A stretch of DNA of 64,000 nt from an uncultured Candidatus Saccharibacteria bacterium (GCA_964618625.1 CAZUBI010000001.1:164781-228780), one strand, 5' to 3'; numbered from the stretch's first letter, positions 47,801 through 58,433 are shown. Program-made: numbers and translations. Notes: generated by a model not told the origin, from the sequence alone.

Positions 47801-48217
47801 CAAAGAAAAGGCCATATTGCTATTTTCTTTTACCTCCCAATCTTTCTCCTTTAAATATTCATCTACTAAGCTTATTGCTTCTTCAGAAATGATACGGCTT
47901 TCCCTTAATTTTTTTCGCTGTTCACGATATAAGATATAGGCTTTTGATGTCTCCACTAAATTCTCTAAAATTAGAACCTCTTCAACAATATCCTGAATCT
48001 GCTCTACGGTAGGAATTTCATCTTTTTTAAATCTTCTGTTTAAAATTTTTATCACGCGAGCGCATAATTGCCGCGATAAAACTTTGCCACCTTCATCAGT
48101 GGCTGTTAAAGCTTTATAAATAACTTCTTCAATCTTCTTTTTATCAAAAAGAACAATATCCCCTGTTCTTTTTTTTACTTGCTTTATATGATTATGAAAT
48201 TTTCTTTTTGGGGACAT
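44882..48217 (-). CDS. nrdD: class III ribonucleoside-triphosphate reductase with intein
   Basis: ATP cone, YCCGW, SMCCRL, EATPAEG, YSRVVGYLRP glycyl-radical motif. Confidence 0.95.
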   Translation of the reverse strand: MSPKRKFHNHIKQVKKRTGDIVLFDKKKIEEVIYKALTATDEGGKVLSRQLCARVIKILNRRFKKDEIPTVEQIQDIVEEVLILENLVETSKAYILYREQRKKLRESRIISEEAISLVDEYLKEKDWEVKENSNMAFSLQGLNHYVAAYVAKKYWLRKIYPPEVREATESGDFHIHNLDILATYCCGWDLYDLLLKGFGGVFGKIQSKPAKHFRSALGQVVNFFYTLQGEGAGAQAFSNFDTLLAPFIRYDNLTYNEVKQSLQEFLFNCNIPTRVGFQTPFENLTLDLKVPSHFKELPVIIGGEHQKETYKEFQEEMDMLNQAFCEVYVDGDASGRVFTFPIPTYNITKDFDWNNPVYDGIWKMTAKYGIPYFSNFINSDMSPEDSRSMCCRLRLDNRELYKRGGGLFGAAPLTGSIGVATINMPRLAYLSKTKKEFFQKLAHIMNLAKISLEIKRKVLEDWTDKGLYPYAKYYLNGVKKMRSCYWGNHFSTIGLIGMNEALLNFLGINLGNKKGVKFALEVLDFMRDRLVEYQEETGNLYNLEATPAEGTSYRLALKDKKKYPDIITAGGKEPYYTNSTQLPVNYTDDLFEALKLQDSLQTKYTGGCIEKGNKVLTNKGLIKIEEIVENFEKLKPIKALSYNLKKGVSEWDAIVDVFKINVKKKNKIRIKGEKGMDITTSDWHPFFVLEKIKPDSCCPICQEKVSNIKGFAVHLKHHAQCRLKYSKMSKYRVIEKRADELKKSDYILQNSFNLYLEKSSRLDNNLMWLIGFFIGDGSISQFFDNRGGNQIEKFVVRFFSEHRVALSKIKNILNKYFNCHVNVIQNDKRSKLLRCVSTSKKAVWQFFFKYGFSFGEKTYIIRIPEIVKANIRKENFYSLLSGLMDSDGHIDKRDGFFEYYTVSEGLADDILEICSIAGIMVGKTRKKNKRKNEVDIWRIRIPQYEMIKIKDQLKNTVNKERINNKFSNRKKRFLPVIRVKKISKVDVKDNQFYDLTTQKNHNYLAGKNTLVFIHNTVFHSFLGEAVSDSESVKSLIKIVFEKFRLPYFTLTPTFSVCPIHGYIAGEHFICPKCTIEQPCEVYSRVVGYLRPVQQWHKGKQEEFKERSTFKI
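45173..46396 (-). mobile_element. LAGLIDADG homing intein (408 aa) in NrdD
   Basis: YTGG|CIEKG...FIHN|TVFH; block B TTSDWHPF; LIGFFIGDG and LSGLMDSDG. Confidence 0.93.
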
Positions 48218-48307
48218 ACAAATATAATTTTTAATTTTATAATTTTTAATTTTTGAGTCTATACAAGAATTGTTTAAAAATTAAAAAATAAGCAATTAAT
48301 AATAATT

Positions 48308-48346
48308 GGGATTGCCGCACTCGCCTGTTGGCTCGTTCGCAATGAC
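48308..48346 (+). repeat. REP-like element
   Basis: gggattgccgcactcgcctgttggctcgttcgcaatgac. Confidence 0.6.
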
Positions 48347-48356
48347 AAAATATTTA

Positions 48357-49586
48357 TTATTCTTCTTCGTCGTCTTTTTTGTTCTTTCTTCGGAGAAAAG
48401 CGGGAATCTCAAATTCTTTTGCTTTTTCTTCTTTTTTTTCTTCTTCGTTCACAGGAATTTTTATTTCTAATGGTAAAACGCGACTAGTTTCTCTAAATTC
48501 TTCTCCAAAACCTCCAGCTACAACTGTAACTTTTATTTCTCCTTTTCTAAGATCATTATCAAAACTAGCGCCGAAAACCACCTGTGCATCTTTTGCTATA
48601 GATTCAGTAATAACTCGAGCCGCGTCATGAATTTCCACTAATGACATATCTTTCCCGCCAGCCACATTAAACAGAACACGTCTTGCCCCATCTATAGAAA
48701 TATCTAATAAAGGTGAGGAAATAGCTAATTGAGCCGCTTTTTTCGCCCGTTCCTGCCCTTTTGATTTTCCTATTCCCAATAAAGTACTTCCGGCTTCAGT
48801 TAAAATTGCTCTTAAATTTGCAAAATCTAGATTAATTAAACCAGGATAAGCAATTAAATTAACCATTCCTTCCACTCCTTGCTTTAAAACATCGTCAACT
48901 TTAATAAAAGCGTCAAGAATCGGCGTCTTTTCATCAATAATATTAAAAATTCTATCATTAGGAATTGTCACCAAAGCGTCAACTTCATTAAAAAGCTTAC
49001 TCCATGCCTCCTCGGCAATTTCCAACCTTTTTTCTCCTTCAAAAACAAATGGCCTTGTTACTACCGCTATCACCAAAGCTCCTGATTGTTTTGCCAGATT
49101 TGCAACAACAGGCGAGCCGCCAGAACCAGTTCCTCCTCCCAAACCACATGTAAGAAATAGCATATCAGTCCCTTGGATTATCTGATTTATTTCTTCAATA
49201 TTTTCCTCTGCCGCTTCTCTTCCCCTTATTGGGTCCATTCCAGCCCCTAACCCGCGGCAAACTTCTTTTCCAATTTGTAATTTAATATCTGCCTTTGTAC
49301 TATGCAAACCTTGAACATCAGTATTAATAGTAATAAACTCTACTCCCTCAATTTTTTTCTCTTTCATCCTTGTCACTACATTTCCACCAGCTCCCCCTAT
49401 ACCAACTATTTTTACACAAATATTTTTAGTTAAAAACTTCTTCTTTTCTTTTTTCTCTGCTTTCTTCCTTATTGGCTTCGATCTTTGCTTTGGTTTCTCA
49501 ACCAATTTCTGTTTTGGTTTCTGTTTGTGTTTTAGCCTTTTATTCTGTTTTTTTTCTATTAGTACTCTTTTTTTTTGTTTTTTCAT
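48357..49586 (-). CDS. ftsZ: cell division protein FtsZ
   Basis: GIGGAGGN, GGGTGSG, INLDFAN; Lys-rich N-terminal extension. Confidence 0.97.
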   Translation of the reverse strand: MKKQKKRVLIEKKQNKRLKHKQKPKQKLVEKPKQRSKPIRKKAEKKEKKKFLTKNICVKIVGIGGAGGNVVTRMKEKKIEGVEFITINTDVQGLHSTKADIKLQIGKEVCRGLGAGMDPIRGREAAEENIEEINQIIQGTDMLFLTCGLGGGTGSGGSPVVANLAKQSGALVIAVVTRPFVFEGEKRLEIAEEAWSKLFNEVDALVTIPNDRIFNIIDEKTPILDAFIKVDDVLKQGVEGMVNLIAYPGLINLDFANLRAILTEAGSTLLGIGKSKGQERAKKAAQLAISSPLLDISIDGARRVLFNVAGGKDMSLVEIHDAARVITESIAKDAQVVFGASFDNDLRKGEIKVTVVAGGFGEEFRETSRVLPLEIKIPVNEEEKKEEKAKEFEIPAFLRRKNKKDDEEE

Positions 49587-49635
49587 AAAATTATTGTAAT
49601 GCTACGCTGTCAGTTTAAAAGTTTAATGCTTAATA

Positions 49636-50844
49636 TTATAAACGGCCATTGAAAAAATTCCTAATTTTTTGAAAAATCTTATTTTCCATGGGAATCGGAC
49701 CATTTTCTGCTTGAAATTTCAAGTTAAGTAATCCCAATACAGGAATAAAAGATAAATCTGGGTTTTCTCTATACCATTCAATATCTGGATTAGCTAATCT
49801 TACAGGAAGTTTAAATTTTTCTTTTGCTAACTCAACAATAGAAGGCATATTAGCCCCACCGCCATAAAGAACCACACCGCCAGGAAGTTTTCCAAAGCGA
49901 TCAATTTCTTTTAATCTTTTTATTACTAAATCGAAAATTTCTGATAAGCGAGCTTCAATAATTTCCGCTAAAAATCTTCTACTTACTTTCTCGCTAGATT
50001 CAGTTTCTTCCAAGTAAATATTTAAATCTATATTCTCGTTCTTGCCAATTTTCTTTTTAATTGCCGCACCTTCATTAACTTTTATTTTTTCAGCAATATC
50101 AACATATGTTTTTAGTCCTACTGCAATATCATTTGTAATATTGTCCCCTCCCATTGAAAACACCTGCAAATCCAAAATCTCATCATTTTCATAAACACAA
50201 GCGCTAGTAGTCCCAGCGCCTAAATCCAGAGCTATTACCCCTAAATCTTTATCCTGGTCAGTAAGAACAATTTCTGCGCCTGCAAATGGTAAAATAATTT
50301 TTGGATCAAGCCTTAAGCCAATTATTTCGCCTAAACGATTAATATAACTAATATTAGGGCTGAAAGCATCAATCAAAAGGCACTCGGTCTCAATTTTTAA
50401 TCCTTTCATTCCTACTGGATCTTTTACTTTTGTCACTCCGTCAACAATGTAGCTTCTTGAAACAGTTTGAACTAATGTTCTGTTAGATGGAAGAGCAAAA
50501 GCTTGGGCAGCTTTATCTGCTCTTTCTTTATCTTCCTCAGTAATCTCCTGATCTGGCCGTGAAACTACGGCCACACCCTTAGAAAGACGGGTTTTTATAT
50601 TAGGGCCTCCTATGCCTATAATGGATTCTTTAAAATGAACATTCTTTAGCATTCCTTCTATTTCTGCCACCAAATTATCCAATTCCTCAGCTGTTCCTTC
50701 TATATCCACAATTTCTCCTTTTTTAATGCCGCGAGATTTTCTATGGGCAGGCAAAACAACGCTCCAATTGTCAGAATCTTCCTTTCCAACTAAAGCTTTC
50801 ATATTAGACGTGCCTAAATCTATTGCTAAAATATGAGAACGCAT
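49636..50844 (-). CDS. ftsA: cell division protein FtsA
   Basis: IDLGTS, DLGAGTT, GG..IT.DIA, IIEARL.EI. Confidence 0.95.
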   Translation of the reverse strand: MRSHILAIDLGTSNMKALVGKEDSDNWSVVLPAHRKSRGIKKGEIVDIEGTAEELDNLVAEIEGMLKNVHFKESIIGIGGPNIKTRLSKGVAVVSRPDQEITEEDKERADKAAQAFALPSNRTLVQTVSRSYIVDGVTKVKDPVGMKGLKIETECLLIDAFSPNISYINRLGEIIGLRLDPKIILPFAGAEIVLTDQDKDLGVIALDLGAGTTSACVYENDEILDLQVFSMGGDNITNDIAVGLKTYVDIAEKIKVNEGAAIKKKIGKNENIDLNIYLEETESSEKVSRRFLAEIIEARLSEIFDLVIKRLKEIDRFGKLPGGVVLYGGGANMPSIVELAKEKFKLPVRLANPDIEWYRENPDLSFIPVLGLLNLKFQAENGPIPMENKIFQKIRNFFNGRL

Positions 50845-50874
50845 ATTTGTGATTTACCAATTACCAATTATTAA

Positions 50875-51330
50875 TTACCCATTAATTGCTTGCAGAATTT
50901 TATTTTCTAAACTTTCCATTTTCAACTTGTTCTCCTTTTTATCATGGGTATACCCATAAAGATGCAATAGGCTATGGACTACTAATTTTTGATAAAAAGA
51001 ATCCAGGGATACATTGAATATTTTAACTTGTCTTTTTATTTCTTCAGGGCAAAGAAAAATATCCCCAAGTATTTTTTCTTTTTTTCCTAATTCTAGCGGA
51101 AGAGTTTCATTCAAGGAGAAAGAAAGAACAGCAGTCTCTTTATTTTTCCCTCGCCAATAATTATTTAACCGGCGAATATTTTGAGAATTGACAAAAATTA
51201 AAGATAAAACTATTCTTTTGTTTTCTTTTAGAACGATTAAGGCCTTCTCAATGATGCTGTAAAAGAATCTTTTAGAAGGGATATTTTGCCTATCTAAATT
51301 ATATATTAAAACTTCATGCTTGAAAACCAT
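50875..51330 (-). CDS. ybeY: rRNA maturation RNase YbeY
   Basis: LGDIF, HSLLHLYGYTH. Confidence 0.92.
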   Translation of the reverse strand: MVFKHEVLIYNLDRQNIPSKRFFYSIIEKALIVLKENKRIVLSLIFVNSQNIRRLNNYWRGKNKETAVLSFSLNETLPLELGKKEKILGDIFLCPEEIKRQVKIFNVSLDSFYQKLVVHSLLHLYGYTHDKKENKLKMESLENKILQAING

Positions 51331-51339
51331 CGTTTTATG

Positions 51340-51555
51340 TTAAAGAATCCCCTTTTTTCTCTTAATAGCTACTTCTTTAAGAACTTTTATTTTATGAAGA
51401 GCTGATAATTTTTGGCTTCTTTTAGTCGGTTTAGGATGGTAATATTTTCTTTTTCGAGCTTCCAAAAGCACACCACTTTTTTTTATAATCTTAAAGGCTC
51501 GGCCGAGAAAAGAACTCTGATTTTCTCCTTGTCTTCTTTTTACTGTAATAGGCAT
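51340..51555 (-). CDS. rpsU: 30S ribosomal protein S21-like
   Basis: V.RR.GE..L..F...SG.L.E.RKRKYY.PKP. Confidence 0.7.
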   Translation of the reverse strand: MPITVKRRQGENQSSFLGRAFKIIKKSGVLLEARKRKYYHPKPTKRSQKLSALHKIKVLKEVAIKRKKGIL

Positions 51556-51568
51556 AATCTATGAATTG

Positions 51569-52903
51569 CTAAATTGTTAAATTGTTAGTTGTTATTTGCT
51601 TTTTGCTTTTTGTTTTTTGTTTCTTTAATCGCTTTTTAACTTCATTAATTATCTTTTCCAGAGGAATTAATTCTTGCAGGCCTGAATCCATATCTTTCAA
51701 AATTATCATACCATTTAAAACCTCCTCCTGTCCAAGTATAAGAACATAGTCTACATTTAATTTATTGGCGGCTGTTAATTGAGCCCTTAAACTCTCTTTT
51801 CCTAAATTCTCCCCAAGAAAAATATTTTCTTTACGAAATTGCTCTAAAAGCTTAAAAGATTGTCTTTTTGCCGCATCCCCTATTTGCACCAAAAATATTT
51901 TTGGTTTTGGCAAAACTAATTCTTTGCCTTTTTCTATCAACTCATTCATCAATCTTTCAACGCCAAAAGCAACGCCAACAGCCGGTTTATATGTTCCGCC
52001 TAAAGATTTTACCAATTTATCATATCTTCCACCGCCAGCTAAAGCAATCCTTTTTATTTCGTTGCCAAGAAAAAATTCAAAAACAGTTCTCGTATAATAA
52101 TCAAGCCCCCGAACTAATGTTTTATCCAGTATGTAAGAAACGCCTAAATAATCCAATAGTTCTAAAATATCTTTAAAATGGCTATGACATTCTGAACAAA
52201 GGTAATCTAAAAAAGTTGGAGCGCCATTTTTAATAGATAAACATTCCTCATTTTTACAATCTAAAACCCTTAAAGGATTTTCTTTTATGCGCCTTCGGCA
52301 ATCAGCACAAATTTGCTTAATATATTTTCTATAATATCTTTTTAATTCTTTTATATAAACAGGCCTACATTCAGAACAGCCAATACTATTAAGAGATAAA
52401 CAAATATTCTTTTGCTTAAATCCTAAGTTTTCCAAAAAGACTTTTGAAGCAATAATTATTTCTACATCAGTGGCTGGGGAACCTTCCCCAATTATCTCCG
52501 CTCCTAATTGATAGAATTGACGGTAGCGGCCGGCTTGGGGTTTTTCATGGCGAAAGAAGGGGCCAAAATAATAAAACTTGACTGGCTGAGGTAAATTAAA
52601 CATTCCTTTCTCTACATATGCCCTTACTACTGAAGCTGTTCCTTCTGGCCGAAGAGCCAATAATTCCTTATTTTCTTTGGCTCTCAAAATATACATCTCT
52701 TTTTCTACAATATCTGTTTTTTTGCCTATTCCTTTGGTAAATAATTCGGCTTTTTCTAATATGGGAGTTTCTATTCTTTGAAAACCGTAAAATTCGAAAA
52801 TCTTTTTAGCATTAGATAAAATATAATCATAATAAAGCCAATTTTTTGCCGAGATATCTTTCATCCCGCGGAGCGCTTGAAAAGACTTTCTTTTATAAAC
52901 CAT
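51569..52903 (-). CDS. hisS: histidine-tRNA ligase
   Basis: LRPEGTA, GRYRQF, LVRGLDYY, GGGRYD. Confidence 0.97.
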   Translation of the reverse strand: MVYKRKSFQALRGMKDISAKNWLYYDYILSNAKKIFEFYGFQRIETPILEKAELFTKGIGKKTDIVEKEMYILRAKENKELLALRPEGTASVVRAYVEKGMFNLPQPVKFYYFGPFFRHEKPQAGRYRQFYQLGAEIIGEGSPATDVEIIIASKVFLENLGFKQKNICLSLNSIGCSECRPVYIKELKRYYRKYIKQICADCRRRIKENPLRVLDCKNEECLSIKNGAPTFLDYLCSECHSHFKDILELLDYLGVSYILDKTLVRGLDYYTRTVFEFFLGNEIKRIALAGGGRYDKLVKSLGGTYKPAVGVAFGVERLMNELIEKGKELVLPKPKIFLVQIGDAAKRQSFKLLEQFRKENIFLGENLGKESLRAQLTAANKLNVDYVLILGQEEVLNGMIILKDMDSGLQELIPLEKIINEVKKRLKKQKTKSKKQITTNNLTI

Positions 52904-53423
52904 AAGCCATTATTCTTTGTGAAGGCCAAAGCCGAAGCCATACCCGACCTATTACCAATTTTTCATCCAACGGCCCCCAATTACGTGAATCATAAGAAGC
53001 CAAACGATTATCGCCTAAAACAAAAAGTTCGTTTTCTCCAAGGATTAACTCAAGATTGCCTGAGGTATTTGATGTCTCAGGTAAAAAATCTTCCTCTAAA
53101 GAGATTTGATCTCCAGAACTATCAAGTACAGTTATATTACCATCTTCTATAATTATTGTTTCCGTAGGCAAAGCAAGGATTCTTTTGATATAATATTGAT
53201 GTGGATGATTAGGGGCTTTAAAAACTATTACTTCATATCTTGTTGGCTGACGAAAGCGATACGACAATTCATCAATAATGAGATAATCCTGGGTATAGAA
53301 ATTTGGCTCCATACTACTGCCATGAACTATAAAAGGTTGAATTAAAAAATATCTTATAGGAGCGACTATAAGAATAGCGATAAAAATCATTTCTATATTT
53401 TCCCGAACAATTTTCTTCCACAT
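52893..53423 (-). CDS. lepB: signal peptidase I
   Basis: GSSMEP, YIKRI, GDNR..S.DSR. Confidence 0.93.
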   Translation of the reverse strand: MWKKIVRENIEMIFIAILIVAPIRYFLIQPFIVHGSSMEPNFYTQDYLIIDELSYRFRQPTRYEVIVFKAPNHPHQYYIKRILALPTETIIIEDGNITVLDSSGDQISLEEDFLPETSNTSGNLELILGENELFVLGDNRLASYDSRNWGPLDEKLVIGRVWLRLWPSQRIMAYGL

Positions 53424-53424
53424 A

Positions 53425-53472
53425 TAAGAACCTCGTTTACAAGAACCTTGTTATTCGCCTTTGGCTCATAAT
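53425..53472 (+). repeat. intergenic copy of ~48-bp element also present inside rpoB
   Basis: taagaacctcgtttacaagaaccttgttattcgcctttggctcataat. Confidence 0.75.
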
Positions 53473-53540
53473 TAGTAAAAACTATTGCTGATAATACCAT
53501 AATTGAACCATCAAAGCAAATATGTTAAATTATAGAAAGT

Positions 53541-54557
53541 ATGACGTTAATTAACAAAAAAACCATCACATTGGGGTTAATTATTGGCGGAATTGTATTT
53601 CTGTTCTTTTTATTTTATGGATTAAATGATTCAAAAGAATACTCTTTTTCTTATAATAATGATTCTATTGCGTTCTCAAAAAAAGAATTTCCAAAACCAG
53701 AAAATTCACCAATTAATATCCTTTTTTTAGGAATAGTAGGAGAAGGATCGCGAGGCGCTTTTCTTACCGACACCATTTTCGTCGCGAGTATTATCCCATC
53801 TAAAAAACAAATCTCAATGATTTCCCTGCCCCGAGATTTATGGGTAAAAATTCCAAGTGGCTCTACTGGCGTTAAGATTAATTCCCTTTATGAATTAGAA
53901 AATAAGGGAAAAAGATTTTCAAAAGCAGACTCTTATGAATTAATAAAAGAAAAAATGGAGGACATAACAGGATTACCTATGGATTATATTGTTATTCTTG
54001 ATTTAAAAGGATTTGAAAAATTAATTGACGCTTTGGGAGGAATAGATATTTGGCTGGAAAAAGATATAATAGATCCGAGTTTAGTAAATCCCCATAATCC
54101 TTCGGAAATTTTCCACCTTTCTGCTGGCTGGCGCCACTTAGACGGAGCATTAGTTATAAAATTTATTCGCACACGTTATGCCCCTAATGGCGATTTCTAT
54201 AGAATTAAGCATCAACAACAAATAATTGCCGCATTAAAAGATAAACTTACTAAATTAGCTGACATTTGGAATTTAATTACTTGGTTAAAGATTTGGCAGT
54301 CTTTAAGCGGGCATATTATTACTAACCTGGATTTTAATACAATATGGCAAATATTCCCTGTTGTAAAAGATATATCATCCAGCCAAATCCAATATCTCAG
54401 CATAACAAACAAGCCCCCTGATGAATTATTAATGACATCTACAATATATGACAATTTGGCTGATAAGGATATTTATATTCTTATACCAGCTAAAGGATTT
54501 GAAAATTATGAAGAAATAAATAATTATATTAAGGAAAAAATTTATTCACTCCGTTAG
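53541..54557 (+). CDS. LCP (LytR-CpsA-Psr) family protein
   Basis: TDTI, SLPRDL, KINS, R.R..DF.R..QQ. Confidence 0.92.
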   Translation: MTLINKKTITLGLIIGGIVFLFFLFYGLNDSKEYSFSYNNDSIAFSKKEFPKPENSPINILFLGIVGEGSRGAFLTDTIFVASIIPSKKQISMISLPRDLWVKIPSGSTGVKINSLYELENKGKRFSKADSYELIKEKMEDITGLPMDYIVILDLKGFEKLIDALGGIDIWLEKDIIDPSLVNPHNPSEIFHLSAGWRHLDGALVIKFIRTRYAPNGDFYRIKHQQQIIAALKDKLTKLADIWNLITWLKIWQSLSGHIITNLDFNTIWQIFPVVKDISSSQIQYLSITNKPPDELLMTSTIYDNLADKDIYILIPAKGFENYEEINNYIKEKIYSLR

Positions 54558-54684
54558 AAGTTTGTCATACTTAAATATGTTAAAATCTAAACAATCACTT
54601 TATCTTATTAAACTTTCGCCAAAAAGACGATTCTGCCTTTTTGACCAATAACTATATATGCAAACTTCTAACGGGGTGAATAAA
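54541..54684. mobile_element. MITE-like element with 24-bp terminal inverted repeats
   Basis: TTTATTCACTCCGTTAGAAGTTTG ... CAAACTTCTAACGGGGTGAATAAA (1 mismatch). Confidence 0.75.
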
Positions 54685-55221
54685 AACTATCTTCTCATTG
54701 GCTTAGGAAATCCTGATAAAAAATATGAAAAAAACCGACATAATATCGGTTCTGATTTTGTCATGTTTTTAGAAAAAGAATGGCGTGGTTCTGGTTGGAA
54801 AAAGAATAAAAAATGCTTTGCTGAAATAAGCTACGTTGAAAAAAAAGATAAAAAGATTATCTTAGCCAAACCATTGGTATTTATGAATAATTCAGGAAAA
54901 AGCGTGGTCCAGCTTAAAAGATTTTATAATGTACCGCTAAAAAATATATTCATTGCGCAAGATGATACTGATATAAACTTAGGAGATTTTAAAATAAGCT
55001 ATGATCGCGGATCAGCAGGACATAATGGCATTAAATCTATTATTAATTACCTCAAATCAAAAACTTTTTATAGAATAAGAATAGGCATTAGGCCTTCTTC
55101 CAAAAAAAGGGAAAAAGCCGATAAATTGGTTCTTAAAAATTTCACTCTGCAAGAAAATAAGATTTTAGAAAAACTTTTCCCAATCATATTGGAAGAGATA
55201 AATAACAAAACGGAAAATTAA
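54658..55221 (+). CDS. pth: peptidyl-tRNA hydrolase
   Basis: GLGNP..Y..RHNIG, FMNNSG, GHNG.KS; start ATG 54658 or GTG 54676. Confidence 0.95.
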   Translation: MQTSNGVNKNYLLIGLGNPDKKYEKNRHNIGSDFVMFLEKEWRGSGWKKNKKCFAEISYVEKKDKKIILAKPLVFMNNSGKSVVQLKRFYNVPLKNIFIAQDDTDINLGDFKISYDRGSAGHNGIKSIINYLKSKTFYRIRIGIRPSSKKREKADKLVLKNFTLQENKILEKLFPIILEEINNKTEN

Positions 55222-55812
55222 AATGCTAAGTACCCCTAATGCTAAAGTACTCAGGGAAAGATAACTTAGAAGCAAGAAAAATTCCAAATTCACAAGAATC
55301 AAAACCAAAAATAACGGTAGAAAATCTGAGCGCAAGGTGTCGGTGGAAAAAAAATAAAAATAGGAAAAACCTATTAGCCCTAAAACATAAACTAAAAACC
55401 CAATCCAAAAAGGATAATTAAGAAAAAAATAAAGGCCATAGGAAATAATTATCCAAAATAAAAAAAGATAATAGAATAAAAGTTCCTGCCAATACTTTTC
55501 TTTAGGTAGAGGAAAAAATAATTTCTTCCAAAAAAGACCAAGAAATATTAAAACAAAACCAATAGCCCACAAAGGTTTTACGAAAAAGACTAAAATATTG
55601 ACTTCGAGAGAAGCTAAAAGAAGAAAGATAAAATTAAACCAGGAGAGGCCTAAAAACGCTTTCCATAAAAAGATTAACAAAAAACATATAAAAATAGACT
55701 GAAAAAAAGATAAAGAAAAAAGGATGCTACCAATCAGACAAAAACCGTAGAACAAAAAAAAGAGAAACTTTCTAATTCCGATAAGAGGAAGAAAATCTTT
55801 TATTGTTTGCAT
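55165..55812 (-). CDS. multi-TM membrane protein
   Basis: very hydrophobic ORF overlapping clpB stop. Confidence 0.65.
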   Translation of the reverse strand: MQTIKDFLPLIGIRKFLFFLFYGFCLIGSILFSLSFFQSIFICFLLIFLWKAFLGLSWFNFIFLLLASLEVNILVFFVKPLWAIGFVLIFLGLFWKKLFFPLPKEKYWQELLFYYLFLFWIIISYGLYFFLNYPFWIGFLVYVLGLIGFSYFYFFSTDTLRSDFLPLFLVLILVNLEFFLLLSYLSLSTLALGVLSILIFRFVIYLFQYDWEKFF

Positions 55813-58433
55813 AAATTCAGAGTATTCTTCTTTAAAGAAACAGTAATTTTGTCTCCTTCTTTTATTTTACTCTTGATAATTTCATCAGCTAAAGGATCAA
55901 GGACTTCTTTTTCAATAAGCCTTTTTAACGGTCGCGCGCCATAATTAGGATTATAACCTTTTTGAGCTAAATATTTCTTTGCCTCTTTGCTTAATTTTAA
56001 AACAATCTTCTTATCAGCTAACCGATGATTAATTATATTTATTTGCAAATCTACAATTCTTTCTATGCTCCGAATGCTTAAAGCATTAAAAATGACAATT
56101 TCATCAACACGATTAAGGAATTCTGGACGGAATTTTTCCCTTAAAGCATCATGAATTTTAACTTTTAATTCCTCTTTCTGTTGCTCCACCTTATTCTTTT
56201 TATTTGCAACAAATCCCAAAGAAACCATTTCCTGTAAATATTCCCCACCCAAGTTAGAGGTCATAATAATAATCGTGTTTTTAAAATTCACTACCCGACC
56301 CTTACCGTCAGTAAGGCGGCCATTATCTAATATTTGAAGAAGAATATTAAATACCTCTGGATTGGCCTTTTCTATTTCATCAAACAAAATCAGGCTATAT
56401 GGGCGATGTTTTATTGCTTCTGTTAATTGCCCCCCTTCTTCATAGCCAACATATCCAGGAGGAGAACCGATTAAACGGGCAATACTATGTTTTTCCATAT
56501 ACTCGGACATATCTATACGAATCATTGCTTTTTCATTAGAAAACATAAATTCTGCCAAAGCCCTAGCAAGCTCTGTTTTTCCCACTCCAGTTGGCCCTAA
56601 AAACATAAAAGAACCAATCGGCCTGTCTTCTTCGGATATTCCCGCGCGAGCTCTTCTAATAGCCCTGCTCACCGCAAAAATAGCCTCTTTTTGTCCCACA
56701 ACTCTTTTGTTCAAATCTTTTTCCATTCTCACTAATTTTTTGCTTTCTTCTTCAAGCATTCTTGTTACAGGAATTCCAGTCCATCGGGAAACTACGCGAG
56801 CGATATCTTCGGCTGTTACCTCGTCTTTTAAAAACCTTTCCCCTTCAGCAATTTTACTTAAAGACTTCCCATTAGATCTTAATGTTTTTCTTAATTGAGG
56901 AATTTTGCCATAAATTATTTCGGCAACTTTATCTAATTGCCCGATTCTTTCAAATTCTTGCGAATTTTTTTCTAATTCTTCTATTTCTTTTTTAATGGCG
57001 CTCACTTCGCTAAATATTTCTTTTTCCTTCTGCCATTTACTTTTTATCTTATTATATTTTTGTTTTAATTTCTTTAACTCATTTCCGATTCTTCTTCTAT
57101 CTTGCGTTATTTTTTTACCTTTTCGTATTTCCTTTTTGTTTGCCTCTTTTTGCAATTCCAAAGATTTTATTTTGGCCTCTAATTCAGAGATGGGCAAAGG
57201 AATACTGCCAATTTCCAAACTCATTGATGAAGCGGCTTCATCCATTAAATCTATGGCTTTATCAGGCAAAAAACGGGAGGTAATATAACGGCTGGATAAT
57301 TGCACCGCCATTATAATTGCTTCATCAGATATCTTTAATCCATGATGAACTTCATATTTTGATTTTAATCCCCGTAAAATCTCAATTGCTTCTTCAATTG
57401 AGGGTTCTTCTACTAATACTGGCTGAAAACGCCTTTCTAAAGCCGGGTCTTTTTCAATATATTCACGGTAATCTTTAAAAGTTGCCGCTCCAATAGCCCG
57501 CAATTCACCTCTGGCTAATGCGGGTTTTAATAAATTAGAAGCGTCAATAGCTCCTTCAGCTGCTCCTGCCCCTACCAATGTATGAATTTCATCAATGAAA
57601 ATTATAATATTACCGGCCTTTTTTATTTCTTTAAGAAGATTTTTTAATCGTTCTTCAAACTCCCCTCTAAAACGGGTCCCGGCTATTAATGCCCCTAAAT
57701 CTAACGATATAATCTTTTTATCAATTAAACTTTCCGGAACTTCAGAAGAAGCAATACGTTGAGCCAATCCTTCTACAATAGCGGTTTTTCCAACACCTGC
57801 TTCACCCATTAATATTGGGTTATTTTTTGTCCTGCGTGACAATATTTGCATAACCCGCCGTAATTCTTCCTCTCTTCCTATCACTGGATCCAATTTATTC
57901 TCTCTTGCTAATTCAGTAAGATCTTGTGTATATTTTTCTATGGCGTTAGCGCCAACTTCTTGGAATTCATCAGTAATTTTTTCACCATCTGTATAATGAT
58001 GAAGCGCCTCTAAAAACTCTTCCTTGCTAATATTAAATTCGCTTATTAATTCCTGCGCAGAATTTTTAGAAGCAAGTATGCCATAAAATAAATATTCTGG
58101 GGAAATAAATTCATTTTTTTCCTCCATCGCCTTTTTAGCAGTCACTTCTATAATTTGCAACATTTCCTGAGAAAGATACATTGGACCAAAACCCTTGCCA
58201 ATAGAAAAGATACGCGGTAATTTAATAATTTCTTCTAATATCTTCTTTAAAAATTTTTCTACATTAACTTTTAATTCTTTTTCTAAAATTTCCCTTGGGC
58301 CAGACCCTTCTTCATCTAACAAAACATACAAAAGATGGAGAGCGCGCATCTCTCCCTGGTTTCTTTCCATAGCCATTTGCTGAGCTCTTTCTATTGCCGC
58401 TTGAGCTTTTGCTGTAAATCTTCCTAAAGGCAT
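55800..58433 (-). CDS. clpB: Clp ATPase chaperone ClpB
   Basis: two AAA+ modules ([16 protein letters not shown]), long middle coiled coil, GARPL. Confidence 0.92.
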   Translation of the reverse strand: MPLGRFTAKAQAAIERAQQMAMERNQGEMRALHLLYVLLDEEGSGPREILEKELKVNVEKFLKKILEEIIKLPRIFSIGKGFGPMYLSQEMLQIIEVTAKKAMEEKNEFISPEYLFYGILASKNSAQELISEFNISKEEFLEALHHYTDGEKITDEFQEVGANAIEKYTQDLTELARENKLDPVIGREEELRRVMQILSRRTKNNPILMGEAGVGKTAIVEGLAQRIASSEVPESLIDKKIISLDLGALIAGTRFRGEFEERLKNLLKEIKKAGNIIIFIDEIHTLVGAGAAEGAIDASNLLKPALARGELRAIGAATFKDYREYIEKDPALERRFQPVLVEEPSIEEAIEILRGLKSKYEVHHGLKISDEAIIMAVQLSSRYITSRFLPDKAIDLMDEAASSMSLEIGSIPLPISELEAKIKSLELQKEANKKEIRKGKKITQDRRRIGNELKKLKQKYNKIKSKWQKEKEIFSEVSAIKKEIEELEKNSQEFERIGQLDKVAEIIYGKIPQLRKTLRSNGKSLSKIAEGERFLKDEVTAEDIARVVSRWTGIPVTRMLEEESKKLVRMEKDLNKRVVGQKEAIFAVSRAIRRARAGISEEDRPIGSFMFLGPTGVGKTELARALAEFMFSNEKAMIRIDMSEYMEKHSIARLIGSPPGYVGYEEGGQLTEAIKHRPYSLILFDEIEKANPEVFNILLQILDNGRLTDGKGRVVNFKNTIIIMTSNLGGEYLQEMVSLGFVANKKNKVEQQKEELKVKIHDALREKFRPEFLNRVDEIVIFNALSIRSIERIVDLQINIINHRLADKKIVLKLSKEAKKYLAQKGYNPNYGARPLKRLIEKEVLDPLADEIIKSKIKEGDKITVSLKKNTLNLCKQ

